This document shows positions 1 through 12,610 of a stretch of DNA of 64,000 nucleotides, piece by piece. The position numbers and the translations under genes were made by a program. Source of the DNA: Octopus vulgaris (taxonomy: Eukaryota); NCBI GenBank assembly GCA_951406725.2, contig OX597816.1:113894001-113958000 (forward strand), in the 5' to 3' direction. Positions within the stretch are counted from its first letter, which is position 1. Every line of letters begins with the position of its first letter. A model generated the notes under the pieces. That model saw only the letters and a program-made list of their open reading frames with translations, made no database searches and was not told the origin of the DNA.

Positions 1-67
1 CAATATATGAACCCACTTCATTATAAATGAACCACTTTCATTATTGCTGCCATAATCTTTACAGATT

Positions 68-262
68 AGGGCAGCAAGCTGGCTAAATTATTAACAAGCT
101 GGACAAAACTTTTAGTGGCATTTCTGCTGGCTTTGCCTTCTGAGTTCAAATGTCACTGAGGTTGATATTACTTTCCATCTTTTCAAGTCAATAAAATAAG
201 TACCAGTCTTTCACTGATTTCTTCCTCCCCTAAAAATTGTGCCAGAGATTAGCGAGAATTAT
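68..262 (+). mobile_element. SINE family B (tRNA-like head), decayed copy
   Basis: Motif chain gctggc..ttctgagttcaaat..ctttccatc..aaaataagtaccag, shared with more than 15 copies in the window. Confidence 0.7.
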
Positions 263-699
263 TTCTATATGGATATTAAACTTACAGCACATAATATAGT
301 TTCCATTTTGAAGAAGGAAATTCATTATTTTAGTTAATATATAAGGTGGAGAGTTGGCAGACTCTTCAGCATGCTGGACAAAGTGCTTTGTGGAATTTCA
401 TCAATCTTTACATTTTGAGTTCAGATTCCATCCAGATTCAGTCTCATTGTATGGCACCTTGGGCAAGAGTCTTCAACTATAGTCTTGTGCTGACCAATAC
501 CTTGTAAGTGGATTTTGTAGGTGAAAGCTGAAAAAAGCCTGTCTGGACGGTTCAGACCCCAGTTGAACCGTCCAACCCATGCTAGCATGGAAAACAGACG
601 CTAAATGATGATGATGATGATATATATATATATATATTTTTTTTTTATATATATTTATATATATACATATATCTGACATATACATATATATGACATTTA

Positions 700-1280
700 A
701 AGAAATACTTCACTTTATGAGGACCTTGCTTTAAGAGAGCCTAGGTTTATGAGTTTTATTTTATAATAGATATAAAAAGGTTAAACAGCCATTCTGTGTG
801 TGTAGCAATGTCACAAAAGTTTCTACTACCATAACAAATGCTTCTGCATGTTACTGAGAAATTTATAGAGAGCAAAAAATGCATCTGCTAAGCAAATAAC
901 TGTAGACTTGTTTTTTAAAAAGAAGTCTACAAGTCCGTAAACTCGTGCTTGTGAATTGGCAATTACATCCACAATTGATGGTGGGCATGAGTACAGTGTG
1001 AATGAAAATGATTCAGAAAATAATTATTATAATAATATTTTTTATTATAAATGATCTTAACATTCTTTTTACTTTACATAAAATGTTCTTTACATTCCAC
1101 TCTTGTTTTATTGCCATTTATTTATGAGTATCATAAATTTTATAGGTAAAATATTTTTCTGGGAATGAATTAGGATTTATAACATTGCTACTATGGGAAA
1201 TTATTGTTCTGCTTTGCAAGTTTTCACTTTGCGAGTGGTCTCCAGGAACAAATTAAGTTGTATATTAATGCATTACTGTA
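700..1280. mobile_element. Decayed Tc1/pogo(Tigger)-like MITE
   Basis: Right end ggaacaaattaagttgtat..attactg-TA resembles Tigger-type termini; the left end is poorly preserved. Confidence 0.35.
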
Positions 1281-2071
1281 TGTGTGTTTGTGTGTGTGTG
1301 CGTGTGTTTGTCTCTCACCAGCATTTGACAACTGGTGTTGGTGGGTTTATATCCTCATAACTTTGCAGTGCAGCAAAAAGAAACCTATGGAATAAGTGCC
1401 AGGCTTTAAAAAAATAATAAGTATTAGGATCAATTCATTCAACTAAAAATTTTTCTAAGTGGTGCCCTAGCATGGCTCCAGTCCAATGACTGAAACAAGT
1501 AAAAGATAAAAAAAACAAGGTCAACTTTGCCTTTCATCATTTCGAAGTGGATAAAATAAGTGTCAGTTGAATACTGGGGTTGATGAATTCAAGAGACCCA
1601 TCTCCACAAATTTGCTCAATAGTTGTTTTTTAACAATTTCGTAGTTGGTTCTAATATTATATTGTAACCTGATACCAAAACAGTGAAGTGAGAGAAATGG
1701 TTACAAGAAGAACAGTATTTAGTTGCACTTCTTTTCAAGCCAATGGAAGTGGCTTCGTTTTTTAACTCTTTAGAGCTTTTGTGAAATATGCACTAAGGTT
1801 GAGTCAATCAACTATATCTCTTCTCTACAAAGCTGTAGCCTCAAGCAAATGTTATAAATCCATAATTTAATATCTAAAGTCATGGGTATTATACTTATTT
1901 ATTTTATATATATTATGGACTGAGTCTTCATTAGAATGTTTTGGGACAAAAGATCTCACTCAAAATGCCACTCCTACTTCTACTCATAAAATACAAACTT
2001 ATGAATCTCACTTTTATATATTTCTCTACCAACATAAACCACACTTGACTCAGACAGTCTTTTCTTATGCA

Positions 2072-2106
<35 letters not shown>

Positions 2107-2107
2107 G

Positions 2108-2376
2108 ATGCCAGCGCCACCTTGACTGGCTTCCGTGCTGGTGGCACATAAAAAGCACCAACCGATCGTGGCCATTGCCAGCCTCCCCTGGTACCTGTGC
2201 CAGTGGCATGTAAAAAGCACCCACTACATTCACGGAGTGGTTGGCGTCAGAAAGGGCATCCAGCTGTAGAAACACTGCCAGATCAGAGTGGAGCCTTGTG
2301 CAGCCTCCTGGCTTCCCAGACCTCGGTCGAACCATCCAACCCATGCTAGCATGGAAAATGGACGTTGATGATGATG

Positions 2377-2377
<1 letters not shown>
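2108..2377 (+). mobile_element. 3' UTR fragment of RTE-like LINE ending in (GAT)n
   Basis: Reverse complement of the 3' UTR attached to the RTE ORF remnant at 49301-50552. Other copies lie at 17643-17963 and 545-620. Confidence 0.8.
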
Positions 2378-2395
<18 letters not shown>

Positions 2396-2408
<13 letters not shown>

Positions 2409-2790
2409 AAATCCGTTCTGTCTGTATGTGTGTGTCTTCTAAGATCTCGGGCATCCTCCATCCAATTGTGCTCAAATTTGATATGTAGATACCGATGGTA
2501 TCAGGGCGTGTATAAGTCTTGAAAAAATTACAAAAATCGATTCCAGGTGAGAATGCGATCGATAAAGCCGTGGTAACGTGCATTTGTAAAAATCATTTTT
2601 TCTTGGAATAGAAAAAAAGTCTATCTCTATTTCTTCTTTTGCTGGTGTCTCAAATTTAGGTTAAATCAGTGTTTCTCAAAGGGGAGGTCTATGAGACGGT
2701 TGGACAAGTTGTTTTGAGAAAATTTGGTTTAAATGTTTGACAACTCAGCACTGTCCATTGGACACAGGGGGGGGGACGTTTTGCTCGTAT
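2396..2790 (+). mobile_element. Non-autonomous Helitron-like element (tentative)
   Basis: Begins tatattatataaaatccg plus a (CTGT/GT) microsatellite; has a subterminal hairpin tgtcc-att-ggaca and ends ..gctcg-T; sits in (TA)n. Confidence 0.4.
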
Positions 2791-3446
2791 ATATATATAT
2801 ATGCTAGAATATCTACAAGAATATATATGTGGGTGTGAGTCACTGTGTGTGTATGTGAGTGTGTGTGTGTGTGCATATATGTATTTATGTGGGTGTGAGT
2901 GTTTGTATTTATGTATTTATTTATAAATAGGTACTTGAACAGTTTTGGTTATGTATAGACATATTTGAGCATATGCATAAATAAATAATATTTGCATGCG
3001 AATAGTATGTGTGTAAATGTGTATGTGCATGCATGTATGTTGTGTATGCATACATGTAAAGTATGCACATTGGATTGTATACATGTGTATATACATGCAT
3101 TGTGTGCACAAATGTGCACAAATATGTGTGTGTCTGTCTGCATAAATGCATAATGTGTGTATATATTTATGAGAACATAAGCACATAGATAAATTTGTGC
3201 TTCTGAATGACGTATGTGTATATGTATGTGAATGTATTCAACCCAACTTAATTATGGAATATAGTATAACAAAAGCTTTTACACAAGGAAGCAGAATTTC
3301 AAGATAGACAATTCATTTACAACTATCTAATACAGATACATGCAAGTTATTTTGTTTAAAATAACTATACTAGTTAATATCCCCATTATAATATTCCCAA
3401 AGTTTTTCTTGTGCATTCTGTTTCATATATACATGTATATGTATGG

Positions 3447-3534
<88 letters not shown>

Positions 3535-3580
3535 GTCTATGCATGTATGTATACATATATACACACACACATATATATAG

Positions 3581-3625
<45 letters not shown>

Positions 3626-3736
3626 TATATATATGTATGTGTATATAGATATATATATACACACATATATATATATGTATGTGTATATAGATATATACAC
3701 ATATATATGTCTGTACATGTATATATATATACATAC

Positions 3737-3771
<35 letters not shown>

Positions 3772-4308
3772 AGGAATAAAAAGACATACTACAAGTGAAC
3801 AGTGCCATATTTCTTTTTTTTGTGCAGCAAATTTACTTTTTTTTATAGCAACCAATTTAGTTTTACATAAATTAAACAAGAAAAACAAGAATGCACCACA
3901 ACTAGACTGGTTTGCTGGCTTGCATGTTTTTAAAACCTTGTTCTTACCCTTTTCACTACAAAAGCAAGTTTAATCCTATTAATAGCAAAACACAGTTCAG
4001 CATGATTGACTAAAATTTCAATTCAAACAGGGCAACCATGAAATTTATCAAAGGGACATAAAAGCAGTGACGGTTATTAATTCTAAGGGATCAGAGTGGT
4101 AGGGAACAGGGAAGTACATTCTATATCAACTATAAGCATAAGCCTACTTTAAAGTGGTGAATTTTCTGGATTTATCTTTATGAAAATACATTTATGATTA
4201 ACAGTTTCTGAGAGCTGCCATTGTTTCAAATAATACTTGATTTATAATAGTATCCCTATTTCAATTAATTGATTACATAGCCATATTTTAACCTATTGAT
4301 TATCACTT

Positions 4309-4346
<38 letters not shown>

Positions 4347-4533
4347 AAATTTAATATGCATGGATCACACTCACATGCATATGGATAGCTGGATGGCTAT
4401 GGAAACATACATATGCACACACACACACACATACATGCATATTCATATGTATGCATACATAATATCCATATATACCCACATATATGTGCATACATATCTA
4501 TATATCCAGACATACATTATATATATACATATA

Positions 4534-4583
<50 letters not shown>

Positions 4584-4774
4584 TATACAAACATATACAT
4601 ATATATAATATACACAGATAGGTAGACATACACTTCTACATGTATATATAAATGTGTGTTTATGTATATATATGTGCATATGTATATAAATATATATACA
4701 TACATATGTATAAACACACCCATATATCAAGCTGTGTACCTGTATATGAGTGTGTGTGTGTGAGAGAGAGAGAA

Positions 4775-4826
<52 letters not shown>

Positions 4827-5526
4827 TAAACATGTGTATATGGAAACCTGCATACATATAAGTATCTATTAATATATATCTAGCTAGCTAGATGTATGTC
4901 ATTATTCAATTTTATTTCAAGATTTCTTGCCAATAGAGAAAGAGCTGGTTTCTTACCTAGATCCAAGTCTCCTTCATTGGAATTTCAACATCAACTTTTG
5001 TATGTATGTATGCATGTATGTATGTATGCATGCATGTATTTATGTATCCATATACATATATACCCCATGCATATATTTCAGATGTCGTGATCAATAACTT
5101 TGCTTTGCAGTTACATGTTTGCAGGTTTGAATACTTCTCTATGTTATCTTGTACTGTTGTGAGTTTTGATTTACCATTACCTTCTGGGGAGAAACATGGT
5201 AAAGGGAAACTGTATAAAAGCCTGTCCTTATCATCATCATTGTTGTTGTCATAATCCTGATCATCATCTTCATTTTTAACTTCCATTTTCCATGTTGGCA
5301 TGGGTTGGATGAGTTATCACATTCAATTTTCGTTCATTCAACTAGACTGGATAAACCTTTTTATTGCTAGCCACTTTCAGAGTACACTGGCTGAATTTTT
5401 TTGTGATACCAGTACTACTGATATTACTGGCTTGAATTACCTTGTATATATATATGTTTGTGTGTGAGTATGTGTGCATGTGCATATGTGTGTGTGCAAA
5501 GATGTGCATTTGTGCCTATATAATTT

Positions 5527-5575
<49 letters not shown>

Positions 5576-5689
5576 CTTTTATCCCTTATATACTCCAGCC
5601 CAAATGCTGTACCTTGCCGGAGCACTGTCCTTTTCATCATCTCCCCAATGGCCATTCCCATGTGGTCGGCTTTTGATAAATGTAGATAT

Positions 5690-6450
5690 TATATATTTTG
5701 GTCCTTATTTGAGTTTCTGGCTATGATGTAAGATCATCTAGATCTTGGACAGCAGACAGCCAAGATGCTTCTTGAAATCATCTAACCTCAGATGTCTCAC
5801 ATTTTTTGGCAAGCTATTAAACAGCTGTGGGCTCTTGAAACTTGAGCTGTTGCAATAACTAGTTCTTACTATATAAACGGGGTTTGGAACCTTTGGCACT
5901 TTGCAGTGGCATCCTGGTCGGGAGTTGGTATAACTCTCAGTGCCAAATTTTGCTACCAGCCCCTCTTGTATCTTCCATATGTGCAGCTGTGCATATCTTT
6001 TCTGTTTTTGCTCCAAAGAGCAGAGTCATAAATCTTTCAGCCTCTCCCAGGAGATCAACTGTCTCATTGAAGCAATCTTGATGTAGCACTGTTGGATTGG
6101 GTTGAGTTCTGTTATTAATTTTACACTATGAGAATGACAGCTGTAGATTAAACAGCTGAGGATAAATGTCCTTCATAAGACCAGCATAGTTACTTTGTCC
6201 CTTGTTCAGAAAGTTCTTAGAATGTACCTGCATGTTGCCATCATATTGGAGATATGTCCTTGAAATGAAGCATTGTCACTTGTATCAACCACCAGGTCAC
6301 ACACTGACTTTGACTCTGTGATTGTTGTTCCTCCTTCTTCAAAATGTTTTTGGTGAAGTGTGCTGGCTCAAGCTGGCTATTAGCAAATATCCCTACATTA
6401 AATTGCATGTAGTGTTCTCCAGCCTATTTATATCTGATTTCTGCAGAAAA
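5690..6450 (-). pseudogene. CR1/L2-like LINE ORF2 C-terminal remnant
   Basis: ORF 5738-6016 reads HIWKI..PQLFNSLPKNVR..FKKHL, typical of the CR1-group C-terminus. Broken upstream frames give ILRTF*TRDK..WERLKDL. Confidence 0.65.
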
Positions 6451-6854
6451 TTAGCATCAAATGGTTATTGACTGCTTGTATTACTTTTGTATCATCAGCA
6501 TAATTAGTTTGAGTGGCTGCCTGTATAAGTGATGGCATACCTTGGAGAGAGAGAGAGGGTGAAAGGGAGAGAGAAAGAGAGAGAGTGCCAGCATAAACAG
6601 CAGTGACCCCAAATCAGTTCTTTGGGGCACTCCATTCCCTATTGATGTCTACTTTGAGAGGGATCCATTGACTGCTCTCTCTCTATGTATATGTGTGTGT
6701 GTGTGTGTATAAATATATATATAATGTATATGTATACAAGCACAATGTATACATACATATACATGTATGTGTAAATATCAATATATAATAAATATAATAT
6801 ATACATATATATATATAATATATGACACACACACACACACTCACACACATAACG

Positions 6855-7061
6855 ATTTCAAATTTTGGCACAAGGCCAGTAATTTTCAGGGATGGACTTC
6901 AGTCAATTACATTATCCCTAGTGCGCAACTGGTACTTATTTTTTCGATGCCAAAAGGATGAGAGGTAAAGTTTACCTCAGTGGTATCTGAACTCAGAATA
7001 TAAAAATGCATGAAATACCACTAAGCATTTTGCCTTGTGTGGTAACAAGTCAACTTGCTGC

Positions 7062-7065
<4 letters not shown>
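6855..7065 (-). mobile_element. SINE family B
   Basis: caactggtacttattt..aaaggatgagaggtaaag..gaactcagaa..ctaagcattttgcc. Confidence 0.75.
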
Positions 7066-7103
<38 letters not shown>

Positions 7104-7129
7104 TCATCATATATATATATAAATATATT

Positions 7130-7650
7130 TTGATGTGATGTGAAAGAAAGAAAGTTGTAAATATAGTCGAGCTAACGGTTCCTCATGAAGATAATATGGA
7201 CGCCACTCGGGCTCGAAAATTGAACCGTTATGAAAACCTCCTCGAGGAATGTGAAGACGCAGGCTGGAAAGTGGAACATTTTCCTTTCGAAGTCGGATGT
7301 AGAGGGTTTGTTGGACACAGCGTGAGATGACTGTTGTTATCGCTAGGCCTAACTCATCGTAAAGTCAATACCACCATGACTGATATCTAATCTACAGTGG
7401 AGAAGGCTAGCCACTGGATTTGGTTAAAAAGAGACGATGAGCGATGGCTAGAAGTATATTGAGATCTTCATAACCAGCTGATCTAGCAAGCGGGGCCTCA
7501 TATCAGTGAGGGGGGGGCATCGAGAGGTAGGCCCCGAAATGGTGCACGAAATGGTGCACATTCTCTCCTGATGACCCCATACACTTGCTAGCTTCCAGTA
7601 TAAGGAGCTTTTAACTGGTAGCACTTGCATGTGCAAGTTGTTTGCAAGAC
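7130..7650 (+). mobile_element. 5'-truncated HERO-like (R2 superfamily, RLE) non-LTR retrotransposon: C-terminal ORF remnant plus 3' UTR
   Basis: Frame 7166-7462 translates VELTVPHEDN..RKLNRYENLLEECEDAGW..PFEVGCRGF..VEKASHWIWLKR with two internal stops, matching HERO-clade C-terminal motifs. Flanked by (TA)n. Confidence 0.8.
7483..7591 (+). ncRNA. Candidate permuted/pseudoknotted hammerhead ribozyme in the HERO-like 3' UTR
   Basis: Pairings CTAGCAAG/CTTGCTAG, GGGGCCT/AGGCCCC-GAAA, CAT/ATG and GAGAG/CTCTC-CTGATGA, with an AUC triplet at 7519-7521. Confidence 0.5.
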
Positions 7651-9182
7651 ATATATATATATATATATATAGGTTTAAGAGACAGAATCACCCTCAACCA
7701 TCATTGAATGACGCCATCCACAATAGGTACATATAGGACTAAATATCAAAATTATCAAAATTAATACCTACACTTCTTATTCCAAATTATCAAAATTAAT
7801 ACCTTCAATTTTTATTTCAAATCATATACTTTACTATGCATGTTTCATGACAACATATTCCTTGATATTGCTGAAATAGAATGTTTTTAAATACAATACC
7901 ATATTAAAATGATTATATTGCTAATCTTCAGGTCTAGGATATATGGACTTACTTTCCTATTTACATCCTATATAAAGACATGACAAACTAAAATTATATA
8001 ACTAGAAGTTGTTGGAATAATTTTTACTTTAGTAAATAATGAACAGAAATGTGGAATAAAAGTAGGAAAAATAAATGTTAGTAAAAAGAAATGTTAACTT
8101 ATCTGTATGGTAATTTTCTCTCCATGAATTAAACATGGCTACCAGCAATCGTATAATCCAACATTGAGAGCTACTTTTGGGGGAAGTCAATTCTTATTAA
8201 CATTTAAAAGTCCTTAAAAGGTATTTTCTATTATAATAATAAATCAGGAGAATCCAGAAGTGAGTGTATGATGGGAATAGCCTTTTTTTCTGGTTAATTT
8301 ATTTTATATGTATGTTAACTTTGATAAATAATAAATTTCTTGGTTGGTAAATAGGTAAACTAAATTACTCAACTTATAATTAAAAAATTTTTTTAATATT
8401 TTGAAATAAGTAAAAGTCAGTAAAAATTAGTAAAAATCAGTAAAAATCTAATTTCTTATTATTTTTATAATTATAATACAATTAATATATATAGATTATA
8501 CTGTTAGTCTTAAAATTGACATTATTCTTAAAATTGAGTTTCTAAATTAAGATTAGAAATTTAGAATAATACCATCTAATGTTATACTATATATTTTTAT
8601 TAAGAAACTAAAATATCAGAAATTAGAAGTTTGTGTGTCTGTGTTTGTCCCCTCACCATCGCTTGACAACTGATGTTGGTATGTTTACATCTCCATAACT
8701 TAGTGGTTTGGCAAAAGAGACTGACTGAATAAGTACTAGGCTTACAAAGAATAAGTTCTAGGGTCGAATTGTTTGACTAAAAGCAGTGCTCCAGCACAGC
8801 CACAGTGAAATGACAGAAACAAGTAGAAGAATATTATACTTAAAGAAGAATATTACAGACAGTGACTTCAAAGTTTCCACCCAGCTAAATCATCATCTGA
8901 TGAAACATTGAAGTCAGAGTCAATGATACTTTTCATAAAGAATGATAAAATTTTCACTCTACAGAAACATAGTGGAACCATTCAGACTAATGTAAAATTG
9001 TTTTTAATATAACAGCATAAAACAGACATTGATACATATATACACACACATACATATACACACAGACATATATAGATATACACACACATGTGTGTATATA
9101 TAACAGATCGCCATGTTGATTCGCTAGCTTCTGCACGCATTTTTTTCTCTCCTTGTTTCTCTCCGTGTTTTTTTTCTGAGTA

Positions 9183-9220
9183 TCTTTCTGTTGAAGAGCG
9201 TAGGCTCGAAATGTAAAAGA
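9183..9220 (+). ncRNA. Minimal type I hammerhead-like motif (variant core CUGUUGA)
   Basis: TCTTT-CTGTTGA-A-GAGC-gtag-GCTC-GAA-ATGT-A-AAAGA: helix I TCTTT/AAAGA, helix II GAGC/GCTC. Confidence 0.6.
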
Positions 9221-9316
9221 CTTGTTTTATTTATATTCCTGAGCACCATACTAATACAATTGTTTGTTTGTATTCCACTTGCCTTCGTCTTTTGTTTATT
9301 TTCATAAAGCTTCCCG

Positions 9317-9353
<37 letters not shown>

Positions 9354-9361
<8 letters not shown>

Positions 9362-9420
9362 ATGTTACATTACTCGGTAGTCAAGATAAAACACTACCGA
9401 GTAATGTAACATATTGTATA
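9354..9420. repeat. Perfect 28-bp inverted repeat with 11-nt spacer
   Basis: 9354-9381 tatacaatatgttacattactcggtagt is the exact reverse complement of 9393-9420. Confidence 0.95.
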
Positions 9421-9907
9421 GATAAATTTCCTCTATTTACATAATATTGAGGTCTCTTTCTTTCTTTTGTTATCTTACCGTTTTATCAATATATATATAT
9501 ATATATATATCGTTGCTCACACGTGACCATCATTCATCTTTCTTTTCCTCATGTGATTATCTTTTCTTGTATGGACGTTCAAAAAGAATGGACTTTTTTT
9601 CTCCCTCTTCTATCTTTTTCCATTTCAAATATTTCTCACAGCATTCACTATTTTCCTCTCATCTGGTCTTATGACCCTCCATATTTGTTTACTTGTATGT
9701 CTCCACTGTCATGTTTTTGTTCATAACTTTGACCCTCCATAAATCCTAAATTTTATTTTAGAATTTATGGAAGCGGCTGTCTTTGAAGACTCATATTCTC
9801 ATTGATTCATACTAGATTCATTTCTTTCAAGAAATATATATGTATATAGTTTTAAAATCTCTAAATTGGAAAAGAGTAGTAACAATACTAAACAGTAAAG
9901 TTTATTT

Positions 9908-10300
9908 GCCGACATAAGGCAGCTGTTCTATCAAGAACTATGTTACTACTTTTTAACCCCAGAAAAACATCTTTCCCAGTAGGTTAATGACACAGAACCT
10001 GTGTCTGATATATTGTAAGAGAGTGAATTACTCCACTCTAGCTTTAACAGGACCAGTAGACCATTGTTTCTAGGTCTTTTCCCTGCCATCTCTAGCTGGC
10101 AGGTATCTAGTACTGATGATGGGAAAAGACCTAGAAACCATGGTCTACTGGTCCTGTTAAAGCTAGAGGGGAATAGTTTGCTCTTTTGCTCACAATAAAT
10201 CAGACACAAGTTGTGTGTTGTTAACCAGCTGGGAAAGATGTTTTCCTGGGGTTAAAAAGTAGTAACATAGTTCTGGATAGAGCAGCCACTTTATGTTGGC
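9908..10300. mobile_element. Foldback element with ~175-bp diverged inverted arms carrying a hammerhead
   Basis: 9908-10083 is the imperfect reverse complement of 10121-10300, e.g. ctctagctttaacaggaccagtagacca / tggtctactggtcctgttaaagctagag. Confidence 0.85.
10107..10151 (+). ncRNA. Minimal type I hammerhead ribozyme, canonical core
   Basis: CTAGTA-CTGATGA-TGGG-aaaaga-CCTA-GAA-ACCATGGT-C-TACTGG; palindromic helix III and a GUC site ending at 10145. Confidence 0.8.
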
Positions 10301-11309
10301 TGTTTTATGTGTGTGTGTGTGTGATTGGATGAGCTTGTCATGCACCAGTTTAGATTTCAGCTCTAATGTTAATCTCATTAAACTTCCACTGTCCTATGTA
10401 CAGATGAGCCCTCTTCAGTCAAAGGTGGGCTATGACAAAATACAAAGTGCACATCAATAATAAGTGAAAAAAGAACATGGACATTGACTTGGTACTGCTT
10501 TAATTCATCTGTTACATATGTTTCAGTATTCCACAACACATGACATCGTATAATAGATACATTCACTGAATGCACCTCACTGGGCCAACATGATAGGCAA
10601 ACATATCATCAGATAATATATAGGAGATATAGAATAGACATGCGATGAAGGACTGAAACCTCAGTCTTCACATTTGTTTCTTTGGTTCTCGGACTGTGCA
10701 CTTGAAATCCATTTGCTTAAGCTGTCAAATTTATAATTTTCTTAGGTTAAACAGAGGTGAATGTAAATAAACCCAATCAATTTCACTTCCAGTGAATTAG
10801 TTTGGCTTTAACACAAGTCTATATTCATGATAGCTATAAAAATCAGCCAGTTCCTTCTATGACTTTCAGGCAGTTTATTTCTGTCACCTTCTACCAGTTA
10901 CATACCAGCTTTGCAGAGACTTCGTCTTCACACACATACCAGCACACAAAAAACTTCTTTCACATCAGCCTTTAATCGTTGACCATTTTTGTTCCAGTAG
11001 CAGACTACTATAAGGATTGGACAAAAGATTCTTGATGTAAGCAAACTGGCACCGACTATACAAACATTTGTGTTCTTTTCCAACTCATCACAGATGTGTA
11101 ATTATGTAACAATTGAATAAAATCATATTAAGTGAAAACTATCATCAATTCCTTTCAATGCATTCAGAAATTATCCACTTGTTAAATCTTCTGTAATTCA
11201 TCTTATGACCACTGTGACTCATTCCTACAAATACTCCAGCCTATCTATGACTCACCCAGTGCATGAAACATCAATGCCTTCTTCATCTATAGATATAGCA
11301 TTTACTCAG

Positions 11310-11640
11310 TCAGCAATTACCTTAAAAGTACCACCATTTTTAACACACAACCTGGCTCTATGGATCACAAACATTAAAGCATAGTTTATTGTGGATAGAT
11401 TGTTAGTGATACAATCCGAACAGTACATGTCACTTCCACCAGATGTCACCATGAAAGTCAGAGATTTAGTAACAGCTCCACCCCATGCTGTCTTGTAAAA
11501 TACTCTACAGAAAGAACTCATTAAAACTATCTCTGTTTTGCAGCAGAAATTACTTCACTAACTCCTAATAGCAGAAGAGCTTGGCACAAGAAATGTTGCA
11601 GCTCCTGTGACAACTGAAACAATTTCTGGGAGACAACACA
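11310..11640 (+). pseudogene. Decayed Gypsy-type gag N-terminus
   Basis: Translates LKVPPFLTHNLALW..LPPDVTMKVRDLVTAPP..LQKELIK..LLIAEELG with stops, resembling the KLPPF..LW..VRDL..PP..EELG gag motif. Confidence 0.65.
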
Positions 11641-11799
11641 CTTCATGACAAAATATTCAAAGAACTCTTACTGAGGTGACTATCCTTCTGTATGAAGTGG
11701 ATTTAAATGGCATAAGCATGTGATGGCTGGTATGAGAAGTATAAGGGTAATCCAGTGCAGCCCCATATACATCAGCCAAATGAAAGGATGAAGGGAAAC

Positions 11800-12100
11800 T
11801 GTTATGTCGCACGTTTGAATGCCTCTACTACTCAACTCTACTCCTCTGTCTCTCAACTGTTCTCTTCTCTTCCGACTGTTACTCAACTCCTCTCTACTCT
11901 CTCTGCTACTCAACTGTTCTCTCTACTCCTCGACATCTAGACTTCTCCCTCTATATCTAAGTATTGAGCTAGCCTACTTCGTCCTCTGGGGGCGTCCACA
12001 CAACAGAAACAATGCAGTTCCCGAATACATGGGATTAGTAAAAAATGAGTCGAAGGTATGAGATAGACTTATGCAATTCCTTATAAATAGGCCTAGTGGA
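11800..12100. mobile_element. Possible solo-LTR fragment with internal ctactcaact-type repeats
   Basis: CpG-retaining block that starts with TG, contains short tandem pyrimidine-rich repeats and lies next to the gag relic. No paired LTR or TSD seen. Confidence 0.3.
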
Positions 12101-12239
12101 AGAATGAAGGTTGATCTCTGGAGGAATTAAGCAACAAGGTTAAGATGGAGTTTCAAGGATTCAAAAGATGTGAAATGAGTGAGAAAGCAAGATGTAAAAA
12201 AGTAAGTTTGACAAAGTACAAGGTACTTTGCGGCACCAC

Positions 12240-12532
12240 ATATTGCCACTCAGAATGATTCTTTGTCCTCTCCTCTATGAGATGTATCATCTTCATATCA
12301 TCCTTCATCACTTCATCCCAAGTCTTCCTTGGTTTCTTTCTTCTATGAGTTCCATGAACTTTGAGTTTAAGGCACTTCTTTATGCAGCAGTCATTTTCAT
12401 ATGTGCCACATGCTCATACCAGCACAGCCTTCTTTTCTGCACACTACACCTGATTACTCTGATACCTAGTTTTTCTCTCAGCTCATTTACAATCTGATGT
12501 TTATGCACATTAATTATACACATCCACTGAGG
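12240..12532 (-). pseudogene. RTE-like LINE C-terminal remnant
   Basis: Minus strand reads WMC..ELREKLGIRVIRCVVQKRRLCWYEHV and later RKTWDEVMKDD. Confidence 0.7.
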
Positions 12533-12610
12533 TATTTACTGAAAATTATAGAAAAGCCGTGTTTTAAGAAATAATCTACTTCTATTCATGTTAGCAAACA
12601 TAAGCGAACA

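Noticed and set aside
8861-8915. Small hairpin containing ctgatgaaac
   Set aside because: The CTGATGA and GAAA boxes overlap with no helix II, so it cannot form a hammerhead.
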